Positions 8,894 through 17,197 of a DNA stretch of 32,938 nucleotides are shown one piece after another. Source of the DNA: an archaeon (GTDB lineage: Archaea; Hydrothermarchaeota; Hydrothermarchaeia; Hydrothermarchaeales; JALUUU01); the NCBI GenBank assembly GCA_027021185.1, contig JALUUU010000180.1, forward strand, positions 1-32,938, read 5' to 3'. The notes under the pieces are model-generated. The model did no database searches. It was not told where the DNA came from and was given only the letters and a program-made list of their open reading frames with translations. The stretch's first letter is position 1, and each line of letters begins with the position of its first letter. Position numbers and translations under genes: made by a program.

Positions 8894-10406
8894 CGAAAAG
8901 TCTTCTGAGAATTCCTGGGGAGGGGATTCTGGTTTCCCTCGGCTCTTTAACAACCTCGACACTGGCTCCTCCGTGGCGAGATTTCTTAACTCTTATGTCC
9001 ACGAATATAGGCTGCTCAACCACATCCCCAACTACTAAGGCGACTCCTGGCTGGAGCTGCATTATCTCCTCCTCCAGGTCAGAGGTGAAGCCTTCTATGC
9101 TCTGGCTTATGGCACGCATGTCATTAGGGTTAGTTACTTTTAGGATTATCTGAGTGTTGCACTGGCTCAGGACGCTTTTATCCACTCTGGCGGGGCGCTG
9201 AGAAACAATGCAAAGCCCCATACCGAACTTTCTCCCCTCGCTGGCAATAGTCCTGATAACCCCCAGGGCGGCGCTCTTGCCGAATCCCCGCTCCGGAGCG
9301 AAATTATGCGCCTCCTCTATGAGGAAGAACAATGGCGGCACGCGTCCCCTTTTTCTGTCGTTGAAAACCTCCTCGGCGATTCGTGTGACCACTATCTCCT
9401 GGATGTCCGGCCTAACACCCCTGAGGTTAATGATGGAAACAACACCCCTCTTCACCAGATCCCTGGGGTGAACCGGGCTGCCCTCGAAGACCCTGCTCTC
9501 CCTCAGCATCTCCAAGCTCGTCAGGAGGTTCCACTTAGCCCTGCTCTTGTGCTCCTGTATTATGCGGATTATATCGTCCAAAGTGTACTTTCCGTGGCTC
9601 TTGGCTATTTGAAGGGCCTCGAAGAGCACCCCTTTCTGGGACTCCGGTATTTTGGTGGGCAGCATCTCCAGGAACCCCGCTATACTGAGCCTCGATATAT
9701 CCAGGGCCAGTTTCCTGTCAGCCTGAGGGTTCAGACTCAGATTGGGGGTATACTCAACTATGTTATCGTATCCTTTAGCCGAAACCCCGTATCTCGACAT
9801 AAGCCCGATTTCTTTGGGATTTGAGTTTGGGTTTCTGAGAGCCGCGTACTCTCCATGAGGATCGATTATTACAACTGGGACTTTTTTCTCTATGAGCTCC
9901 TCCACGAGCACGCCCACGGTGTAGGACTTGCCGGCTCCCGTCTTAGCCAATATGCACAGATGCTTCTGAATAAGCTTGTTAACGTTTAGGTATACGGGGA
10001 CCCGCTCTGCGTGGCCCTCCAAGAGGCCCAGGTATATGCCAGACCTTATCCCCAAGTTAAGGGATCTCTTGATCAGGGCGCTGTCGGCCTCGTAGACTTT
10101 TTCCCCAGGCCGAAAGGGTATTTTCGGGCTTTTCAACAAGCCTTTCTCGTCCACGTATCCTATGACCTCCGCCTTTGCCACAACCCGTTCCCCGCCTCCT
10201 TCTTTTGGCTGACCTCCCGTGATGACGTTGAGGGAATACATCTCGTTGTACCGCTTAATAGAGCCCACCTGAGCCAAAACCCATCCATAGCTGTCGTGGT
10301 TGACCTTTACGTAGGCGCCTTTCTGCAGCTTAGACCCCCGGGTAACGATGAAGTTAAAGTCCCGGTATCCTACTTCCCCAAAAATCATGCCAACGATCCT
10401 GGCCAT
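8886..10406 (-). CDS. HerA-like (DUF87) hexameric ATPase/translocase paralog
   Basis: 506 aa. It has an N-terminal HAS-barrel-like region, Walker A (AKTGAGKSYT), Walker B (LFFLIEEAHNFAP) and CIVSQRPARVD. A GGAGGG SD-like element lies about 10 nt upstream of the ATG. Confidence 0.8.
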   Translation of the reverse strand: MARIVGMIFGEVGYRDFNFIVTRGSKLQKGAYVKVNHDSYGWVLAQVGSIKRYNEMYSLNVITGGQPKEGGGERVVAKAEVIGYVDEKGLLKSPKIPFRPGEKVYEADSALIKRSLNLGIRSGIYLGLLEGHAERVPVYLNVNKLIQKHLCILAKTGAGKSYTVGVLVEELIEKKVPVVIIDPHGEYAALRNPNSNPKEIGLMSRYGVSAKGYDNIVEYTPNLSLNPQADRKLALDISRLSIAGFLEMLPTKIPESQKGVLFEALQIAKSHGKYTLDDIIRIIQEHKSRAKWNLLTSLEMLRESRVFEGSPVHPRDLVKRGVVSIINLRGVRPDIQEIVVTRIAEEVFNDRKRGRVPPLFFLIEEAHNFAPERGFGKSAALGVIRTIASEGRKFGMGLCIVSQRPARVDKSVLSQCNTQIILKVTNPNDMRAISQSIEGFTSDLEEEIMQLQPGVALVVGDVVEQPIFVDIRVKKSRHGGASVEVVKEPRETRIPSPGILRRLFVR

Positions 10407-10448
10407 GGCAAGTTAACCCTCCCCGGCCTTGCATAATAAATCTTCCCC

Positions 10449-11819
10449 TCATAGGAAAATTTTTCCAGGATTAAGAACGTTATTCGGATCTAAGGCCCTC
10501 TTAATCTTCTTCATAACCTCTATCCCTTCCTTACCTACCTCTTTCTCCAGGAATCTCGCCTTAGCCACCCCTATCCCATGCTCCCCTGAGAGAGTGCCTC
10601 CCAGCTTCAGGGCCGCGGAGAAGATCTCCTCCATGGCCTCCTCCATACGTTTTTTTTCTCCAGGGTCCCGGATGTCCAGTAATATTGTGGGGTGAAGATT
10701 TCCGTCCCCCGCATGGCCGAATATTCCTATGATAACCCCGTGTTTCTGGGCTATTCTTTTTATCTCCGCCACCATATCAGGGACCCTGCTCCTCGGGACG
10801 GTGGCGTCCTCAAGGAGAGTCGTCGGCCTGATCCTAGAAAGAGCCGGCAGAGCCGCTCTCCGGGCCTTCCACAGACGCTCTCTCTCAACTCTGCTCTCAG
10901 CAAACCTTACCGACCCCCCTGCTTTCTCACAGATCTTGATTATCTTCTCCGCTTCTTCTTTGGCAGCCACAGGATGGCCGTCTGTTTCTATGAGCAGCAC
11001 GGCATCTGCGTCCCGCGGCATTCCTGCCTTTATATAGTCCTCCACCGCATTAATCGTGACCCTATCGATGAACTCTAGGGCAGCCGGAAGTATTCCCGCT
11101 GCGATGATTTCTGCTACAGCCCTCGCCGATGACTCAAGATCGCCAAAGGATGCCAGAAGGGTGTATCTGGCCTCCGGCTGGGGGAGCAACTTGAGCTTAA
11201 TCTTTGTAACTATCCCCAGGGTCCCCTCTGATCCTATGAAAAGGCTGTTTAGGTTATATCCTGAGACACTCTTCACCGTGGAAGCCCCAGTGGTGATAAT
11301 ATCCCCCGTGGGCAACACAACCTCCAGGCTTAGGACATAATCACCCGTGACACCGTATTTTAATGCGTGGGGGCCTCCGGCGTTCGTGGCGACATTGCCC
11401 CCTAGGGTGGATACCCTGTAACTCCCCGGGTCTGGAGGATAAAACAATCCCTCTTTTTCTACTTCGACGCACAGCTTTCTGGTCACAACTCCCGGCTCCA
11501 CCGTTGCTGTTAGGTCGTTTTTGTCTATCTCCAGTATCTTGTTCATTCTGTGAGTTGTTAGGACTACTCCGCCTTTTACTGCTACACTGCCTCCGCTGAG
11601 CCCTGTTCCCGCTCCCCTGGGCACCACGGGAAAGCCTTCTTTATTTGAAAGCTTCAGAATCATAGAAACCTCCTCAGAGGAGCCGGGCTCTACAACTGCC
11701 TCGGGCAGTCCCTCGATTAGTTGGGCATCGTATGAGTAACAGATGAGGTCCTCTTTAGATGTCAGAACATGGCCTCTCCCTACGATGGACCCCAGTTTTT
11801 CTAGGACTTCTTCCCTCAT
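10449..11819 (-). CDS. FAD-linked oxidase, GlcD/D-lactate dehydrogenase type
   Basis: FAD-binding PCMH domain (PVVPRGAGTGLSGG) and the C-terminal GGTLSGEHGIG motif. I place the start at the ATG at 11819 (MREEVLEKL...), which overlaps the upstream stop as ATGA. The track's TTG start at 11918 would overlap the upstream gene by about 100 nt. Confidence 0.85.
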   Translation of the reverse strand: MREEVLEKLGSIVGRGHVLTSKEDLICYSYDAQLIEGLPEAVVEPGSSEEVSMILKLSNKEGFPVVPRGAGTGLSGGSVAVKGGVVLTTHRMNKILEIDKNDLTATVEPGVVTRKLCVEVEKEGLFYPPDPGSYRVSTLGGNVATNAGGPHALKYGVTGDYVLSLEVVLPTGDIITTGASTVKSVSGYNLNSLFIGSEGTLGIVTKIKLKLLPQPEARYTLLASFGDLESSARAVAEIIAAGILPAALEFIDRVTINAVEDYIKAGMPRDADAVLLIETDGHPVAAKEEAEKIIKICEKAGGSVRFAESRVERERLWKARRAALPALSRIRPTTLLEDATVPRSRVPDMVAEIKRIAQKHGVIIGIFGHAGDGNLHPTILLDIRDPGEKKRMEEAMEEIFSAALKLGGTLSGEHGIGVAKARFLEKEVGKEGIEVMKKIKRALDPNNVLNPGKIFL

Positions 11820-12955
11820 CTGATCCCTCTGCTGAAGAGTTCGGCTAGGTGTATGACCTCTGTTTTCTGTCGTCCTCTCCGTATACCTTCCTGCAGGTAA
11901 TACTTGCATCCCGGACAAGAGGTCACAACAGCATCTGCCTTTGATGCCATAATATCCTTCACTCTGCCGTCGTTTATAGTTTGGGAGAAACTGGGATGCT
12001 CAAAGCTGAATAGCCCCCCGAAGCCGCAGCATCTCTGCTCCATCTCCACCAGCTTTATCCCATGGATAGCCTTAATGAGGCTCCTGGACTCTTTAGCCAG
12101 GCCTAGGCCATGGAGGGCATGACACGGATCGTGGAAAGCGACTCTCATGTTGAGAGAGCCTAAACTATCCCCCAGCTTGGACGCATCGAGAAATTCGGCG
12201 AAGTCATATGTCCTGCGACCAACATCTAGGGCTTTCTCCCTGAGTTTTCCTCTGAAGAACTCTGGATATTCTTTTAGACCTACAGCACATGTGGGACAAG
12301 CAGTCACCACAATCCTGTTTTTCTTAATCTTCCTGAGGTTTTTTTCAGCCAGCTTCTTCGCCCTGTCATGCAGCCCGGCGTAATGAGCAGGAATACCGCA
12401 GCAGGCCTCTTTGATTCTCTCCACCCTGTAGCCTGCTTTCTCCAGGACCGTTTCAACCGCATCCCCTATCTCTGGGGTTATGTTATTAATCATGCATCCC
12501 GCGTAAAAAATAACTCTAGCTCTTTCGGGTGGTACCGCATCTCTTGACGGGATTTGTATAGAGACTCTCCGTGGAAGGATTCCCAGAACTCTAGCCCCTG
12601 ATGCGGCTGTTGAAAAAATCCTGGGATGCTCAAGGCCCCAGAGGACGGCTCTTTTTTTAAAGGGGATTCCTCGCCTATCGGCAAGGTCCTTACGGGCGGC
12701 GGCAATGACCTTGTCCACCCTCACCCCTGAGGGACATGCCGTACAGCAGGCCTTGCAGAGCAGACAAATTGAGAGCTTCTCGGCCACCCCCGCATCTAGG
12801 TCCAGGTCTCCCTGGAAAAGAGCCTTGATGACTCTCAGCTTCCCCCTAGCCACCTCCCCCTCTCTGCCCGTCACAGAGAAAGTTGGACAGACAGCCTGAC
12901 ACTCGCCACACCTCATGCAGCGAAGCAACTCTTCCTCAATCTCAACGGAAGTCAT
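11816..12955 (-). CDS. Fe-S oxidoreductase, GlcF/HdrD-like (two 4Fe-4S motifs plus CCG domains)
   Basis: 379 aa. It carries CMRCGECQAVCP and CLLCKACCTACP ferredoxin-type motifs and two Cys-rich CCG regions (CCGIPA..., CCGFGG...). It is translationally coupled to the GlcD-like gene. Confidence 0.8.
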   Translation of the reverse strand: MTSVEIEEELLRCMRCGECQAVCPTFSVTGREGEVARGKLRVIKALFQGDLDLDAGVAEKLSICLLCKACCTACPSGVRVDKVIAAARKDLADRRGIPFKKRAVLWGLEHPRIFSTAASGARVLGILPRRVSIQIPSRDAVPPERARVIFYAGCMINNITPEIGDAVETVLEKAGYRVERIKEACCGIPAHYAGLHDRAKKLAEKNLRKIKKNRIVVTACPTCAVGLKEYPEFFRGKLREKALDVGRRTYDFAEFLDASKLGDSLGSLNMRVAFHDPCHALHGLGLAKESRSLIKAIHGIKLVEMEQRCCGFGGLFSFEHPSFSQTINDGRVKDIMASKADAVVTSCPGCKYYLQEGIRRGRQKTEVIHLAELFSRGIR

Positions 12956-13002
12956 CGGCTTACAATACCTTTTTATGTAACGAGCTATAGTGAAATCGTA
13001 AC

Positions 13003-14235
13003 ATGGAGGGCTATATAACTGCTACATACTATCTTGAAACCGTGAGAGACCTTCGGGAGGCTGCGGACGCTTTAGCCGGGGAGCAGAGCACTGGTACCTG
13101 GGTAAGGGTAGGCCTCGAGACGGAGGAATTGATGAAGAAACACCGCGCTAGAGTGGTGGATGTGAAGGAGAGCTACAGGGGAACCGTCAACAAGGGGACG
13201 ATAAAAGTGGCCTTTCCGTACAAGAACTTCGGGCCCGTTGTTCCCATGCTTCTCACCACCGTGGCGGGAAATCTCTTTGAGATGGGAGATTTCCTCAACG
13301 TGAAGCTCATGGACCTGGAGTTCCCTGAAGACTACACTAAAGCCTTCAAGGGTCCAAAATTCGGGATTGAGGGAACCAAGAAGGCGGCCAATGTTAAAGG
13401 CCGACCCATGATCGGGTGCATAGTCAAACCCTGTGTCGGACTAGCACCCAAGGAGTTTGCCAGCGCCTGCTATGAGGTGGCCAAGGGAGGCGTGGACTTC
13501 ATAAAAGACGATGAGCTCATAGCTAATCCAGAGTACTCACCAATAGAGAACCGGGTTCCAGAGGTGATGGAGGCCCTTGACAAGGCCGATGCCGATAAAG
13601 ACGAAACAACCCTATACGCCGTTAACGTGACGGATGAGGTGGACAAAATAATGGAGAACGCAGATGTAGCCCTTGAACACGGGGCTAACTGCCTGATGCT
13701 GAACTTCATCACAGCCGGTTTTTCAGCCCTTCGCGTACTCTGCGAAGACCCCAGCATCCGGGTTCCCGTTCACTGCCACAGGGACATGTTCGCCGCCTTT
13801 ACGAGAAATGAGCATCACGGCATCCACACAATAGTTGTCTCAAAGCTTGCACGTCTTTGCGGGGGAGATCAGGTCCACGCAGGAGCCATCCTTGGAAAGC
13901 TCTACGAAGACATCGACTCGGTTCTTGCCAGCGTTGAGGCGCTTACCGAAAAATGGCATCATCTCAAGGCTGCTCTTCCCGTATCTTCAGGCGGACAGCA
14001 CCCGGGCAAAATCCCTGAGAACCTGAGGCTCTTGGGAGAGGATGCATTAATTTTGGCTGGTGGAGGAATATTCGCCCATCCCATGGGAGCCGCAGCGGGG
14101 GCACGGGCGATGCGCCAAGCCCTTGAGGCAGCTATGGCAGGTAAAAGCCTTGAAGACCATGCAGAAGAACACAGAGAACTGAAGCTCGCCCTTGAGAAGT
14201 GGGGCATCCCCAAGGGGGTGGGAGGTAGTTTCTAA
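13003..14235 (+). CDS. RuBisCO large-subunit homolog, probably a form IV RuBisCO-like protein
   Basis: 410 aa with RbcL motifs: EQSTGTW, AGNLFE, IVKPCVGL, GGVDFIKDDE, VHCHRDM, GGDQVHAGAILGKL, PVSSGG, LAGGGIFAHP. Three catalytic positions are substituted (see findings). Confidence 0.85.
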   Translation: MEGYITATYYLETVRDLREAADALAGEQSTGTWVRVGLETEELMKKHRARVVDVKESYRGTVNKGTIKVAFPYKNFGPVVPMLLTTVAGNLFEMGDFLNVKLMDLEFPEDYTKAFKGPKFGIEGTKKAANVKGRPMIGCIVKPCVGLAPKEFASACYEVAKGGVDFIKDDELIANPEYSPIENRVPEVMEALDKADADKDETTLYAVNVTDEVDKIMENADVALEHGANCLMLNFITAGFSALRVLCEDPSIRVPVHCHRDMFAAFTRNEHHGIHTIVVSKLARLCGGDQVHAGAILGKLYEDIDSVLASVEALTEKWHHLKAALPVSSGGQHPGKIPENLRLLGEDALILAGGGIFAHPMGAAAGARAMRQALEAAMAGKSLEDHAEEHRELKLALEKWGIPKGVGGSF

Positions 14236-14922
14236 GTGTATTATCAGCTGGCTATCTTAGCTGCTCTCTCAGACATCCTCGGCGGTCTCCTCCTTCGGTA
14301 TTCCAAAATAAACAAAATCCCAACGAGGTACATAGTTGGATTTGCCTCGGGAATAGTGATCTCCACGGCTTTTTTTGAGCTCATCCCCGAGAGCGATGTA
14401 GAGAAGAACTACCTCTACCTCGGTTTGGGCTTTTTTACTTTTTATCTCCTTGAAAAGATAGTGATGCTTCATTCCTGCGGTGAAAAAGAGTGTGAGGCCC
14501 ACACCGTTGGCTGGATAGCCGCCGTCGGCATGTCCGCGGACAACGTTGTGGACGGCATAGGCATAGCCGTTGGCTACCAGACCCAGCCTTCCCTGGGGGT
14601 GCTTATCACCATGGCTGTTATCGCCCACGAGATCCCTCAGGGAATAACAACCGCCGTATTGATGCGGGACGCGGGATTCAAGTTTTCCCATGTCATGGCG
14701 ACCCTTGTATTTGCAGGCCTAATGTATCCTCTGGGAGCCCTTGCATCTGGCGTAGTTCCTGAAACTCTCTACACCGCCATAATTGCCTTCGTCGCAGGAA
14801 GCTTCATTTACATAGGTGTAGGTGATCTTCTATTAGAAGCTCATAAACGCTTCAACATCAAAGTGATTATGTCCGTAATCCTCGGAGCCGTCGTGCTCCT
14901 GATTCTAGAGGCATTTATATAA
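14236..14922 (+). CDS. ZIP-family divalent metal (zinc/iron) transporter
   Basis: 228 aa, multi-TM, with the ZIP signature AHEIPQGITTAVL. The GTG start directly abuts the stop of the RuBisCO-like gene (TAAGTG). Confidence 0.8.
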   Translation: MYYQLAILAALSDILGGLLLRYSKINKIPTRYIVGFASGIVISTAFFELIPESDVEKNYLYLGLGFFTFYLLEKIVMLHSCGEKECEAHTVGWIAAVGMSADNVVDGIGIAVGYQTQPSLGVLITMAVIAHEIPQGITTAVLMRDAGFKFSHVMATLVFAGLMYPLGALASGVVPETLYTAIIAFVAGSFIYIGVGDLLLEAHKRFNIKVIMSVILGAVVLLILEAFI

Positions 14923-14943
14923 GAAAAATAGGAAACAAAAACG

Positions 14944-15135
14944 CTAAGTTATAGAATGAGCACGAACGTAGACTTTTTCGCCGTTGTAGGACATCCCAAT
15001 AAGGATGCCTATCTCCTCTAAACGATCAAGAACTTTTTGAATCTGCTTCGGGGTTACCATTGTTTCTTCAGCGATCTCAAGGACGCTGGCACTCCTATCC
15101 CGCAAAACCTTGAGAACTTTTATCTCGAGCCTCAT
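14944..15135 (-). CDS. Small winged-helix DNA-binding protein (63 aa)
   Basis: The pattern MRLEIKVLKVLRDRSASVLEIAEETMVTPKQIQKVLDRLEEIGILI matches helix-turn-helix plus wing. No family could be assigned by eye. Confidence 0.5.
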   Translation of the reverse strand: MRLEIKVLKVLRDRSASVLEIAEETMVTPKQIQKVLDRLEEIGILIGMSYNGEKVYVRAHSIT

Positions 15136-15544
15136 AATTTATCACTCGACATACGGCTACTCCATACCCAACGAGAGGCCCTTTGAGCCCCTCGTCTTCT
15201 TCAGTCTCTTCCCCCCTTGCTCATAGATCTTCCATCCAAAGGTTTTACCCATAGGTCCCCTCAATCCTTTGGTATGTTTAATCATTCTGTGTATATCTTC
15301 TATAATTGCTTGTTATTTATGGTTTTTTATTTGGTAAGCACAATTTCAAGTGGAAAGAACCTAACTTATGTGGCGATTATAAATTTTTTGGAAGTATAAG
15401 CAAATGAGTACTTATTGAGATCTGTATAGGTAGCAAGTTAAGGAAAACGTGGCCTTTGATTTACAGCCTGCTTAGAAATTAGACTGGCCCCATTAGATTT
15501 ATTTCGCTGAAATATCTGGCGGGGATTACTGCCCTTTTAAAAAT

Positions 15545-15967
15545 CTACCTCCTTTTTAGTTTCATAGTGTAATCACAGCAGCTGGGATCGCGCTCCCGAT
15601 TGATTTCTGTTATTCTCCATCCACAAATATTCGTGAGGGCCTTGAAATAGGCTAAAACGATATCACAAACCTCGGGCATTTTCTCCGCAGCTTCTGCAAG
15701 AGGACATCGATAGTTGAAGAGCCTCACCGAGTATTCACTGCCCGCCTGAGTCATGCCGTGCACCATGGAGCTCTTGCCAAGAAGACTTGGCTCTATTCTT
15801 TCATTTAAGGCAAAAACCTCTGCTATGCCCATATTAGGTCTTATTTCTCCCCCATATTTTTGCTTTATCCTCATCTCAATAGCTTTTTCTTGTTTTTTCA
15901 AGATCTCTTCATCAATATTTAGTATGTGCTCCGATAGGAGAGTGAGAATTAGGGAGGGATCTTTCAT
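15545..15967 (-). CDS. Hypothetical Cys-rich protein (140 aa), possibly a V4R/ATC-hydrolase-like ligand- or metal-binding fold
   Basis: Five Cys lie in the C-terminal 55 aa (C88, C101, C115, C130, C131; ...YRCPLAEAAEKMPEVCDIV...ICGW...DPSCCDYTM). An AAATATATATT TATA-like element lies about 28 nt upstream of the ATG, and a T5 tract follows the stop. The family call is a guess from the Cys spacing. Confidence 0.45.
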   Translation of the reverse strand: MKDPSLILTLLSEHILNIDEEILKKQEKAIEMRIKQKYGGEIRPNMGIAEVFALNERIEPSLLGKSSMVHGMTQAGSEYSVRLFNYRCPLAEAAEKMPEVCDIVLAYFKALTNICGWRITEINRERDPSCCDYTMKLKRR

Positions 15968-16062
15968 GTTCTCAGATAATGCCTTCGTGCCAATATATAT
16001 TTTTTCATTGGTTTTACAAATATGAGAATTTCTGCTTGTTTTAAATCTTGATTTTAAGCATT

Positions 16063-16082
16063 TATTTAAAATTTTGCCGTTA
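16063..16082 (+). promoter_or_regulatory. TATA-like box TATTTAAA followed directly by the motif TTTTGCCGTTA, upstream of the double-wHTH gene
   Basis: The 14-mer AAATTTTGCCGTTA (16069-16082) recurs exactly at 29583-29596 upstream of tfx. Its core TTGCCGT (16074-16080) has an inverted partner ACGGCAA at 16126-16132. The motif starts 70 nt before the ATG. Confidence 0.45.
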
Positions 16083-16141
16083 TTGTTGTTAAAATATTTA
16101 TTAAAGAAAATTACTTATGCAAAATACGGCAATCTACCTTT

Positions 16142-17197
16142 ATGGCGGAAGGGGAGCTATCGAGGACGGAGAGACTAGCTCTCTGGGGGCTTGTTCAGTT
16201 TCCCGAGATGACAGATAAAACCATAGCCGAAAAACTCGACCTTAAACCTTCCACTTTAAGCCAAGCAAAAAAACGACTGCTAGAAAGGGGCTACTATTCA
16301 ACCGTCAGGGTACCAATGCTTCACTTATTGGGATATGAACTCTTATATCTCGTGTCTGGGAGATTAAATCCTCTTGTCCCCTTCGAAACCCGTCTAGCAG
16401 TTGACATGGAGCTGAACGGTAGGATTGGAGAGAACGTTTATGCCGTGACCGATCACAGCCAAGCTGTTTCCATCGCATTATCGAAGAGCTTCGTAGATTT
16501 TCAGATAAACAAGGAAAATATTGAGATGGCTTACAGCCAACTAGGCCTCATGGAGGGCCGGAGTTTCAGCTACGCCTTGTTCCCCTTTAAAATCAGCAGG
16601 ATCTTCAAGTACTTCGAGTTTGGACCGCTACTCCGGCAGATCTTCGACATAGATACTGCAGACCCATCAATTCATTCTATCGCTCCCGGTTCTAGAAATG
16701 CCCGACTAACAAAGGTAGAGAAAAAAGTCTATTATGGCTTGGTTAAGCATCCTGAGCTGAGCGATGCGAAACTTTCTTCCCTCCTGAAAGTCTCCCGCAA
16801 CACTGTGGCTAAATGCAGAAAAAAGTTTGCACAGGAGGGGCTGATGAAGACGATACGCATCCCTGATTTGAAGAAGATTGGCTTCGAGATTTTCGCCTAC
16901 TCCCACGCTAAATTTAATCCAGGAACCCCATTATCTACGCGGGAGAAGGGCATAGATCTTGTTAAGAAGGAACCATCCTTTGTATTCGTCGTTTCGAGCA
17001 ACATGGAGAGCGCTCAGCTCGCGGTGGCAAGAAACTTTGAGGAGTATCAGAGAGTTCGCAGCGAATTAATAAGGTTCTACAGGAAACATGACTTTCTTAT
17101 GCACGAACCAGAGATGCTGCTTTTCTCTATTCCAACGATGAGGATACTGAAAAACCACGACTATTCCTCCCTAGTAAAGAAAGCCCTCGGGATATAA
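16142..17197 (+). CDS. Internally duplicated transcription regulator: two tandem wHTH (TrmB/MarR-like) plus effector-like modules
   Basis: 351 aa. Residues 6-77 and 189-260 align without gaps, with about 20/72 identical residues by eye (LSRTERLALWGLVQFPEMTDK...VRVPMLHLLGYE... versus LTKVEKKVYYGLVKHPELSDA...IRIPDLKKIGFE...). The similarity continues through both C-terminal halves. Confidence 0.7.
   Translation: MAEGELSRTERLALWGLVQFPEMTDKTIAEKLDLKPSTLSQAKKRLLERGYYSTVRVPMLHLLGYELLYLVSGRLNPLVPFETRLAVDMELNGRIGENVYAVTDHSQAVSIALSKSFVDFQINKENIEMAYSQLGLMEGRSFSYALFPFKISRIFKYFEFGPLLRQIFDIDTADPSIHSIAPGSRNARLTKVEKKVYYGLVKHPELSDAKLSSLLKVSRNTVAKCRKKFAQEGLMKTIRIPDLKKIGFEIFAYSHAKFNPGTPLSTREKGIDLVKKEPSFVFVVSSNMESAQLAVARNFEEYQRVRSELIRFYRKHDFLMHEPEMLLFSIPTMRILKNHDYSSLVKKALGI

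Noticed and set aside
11820-11918. N-terminal extensions implied by the track starts: GlcD-like TTG at 11918, Lhr at 22201 and Dph6-like TTG at 25492.
   Set aside because: The extensions overlap the upstream gene or the promoter and carry no conserved sequence. Internal ATGs at 11819, 22159 and 25468 coincide with family-typical N-termini. They also coincide with ATGA coupling or TATA spacing.
11816-14235. A functional link between the RuBisCO homolog and the glcD/glcF-like genes, as a phosphoglycolate/glycolate salvage module.
   Set aside because: The RuBisCO homolog lacks K177/T173/H298 and is probably not an oxygenase or carboxylase. GlcD/GlcF-like pairs in anaerobic archaea are usually lactate or 2-hydroxyacid dehydrogenases. 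Adjacency alone is insufficient. I kept only the neighbourhood observation in the findings.
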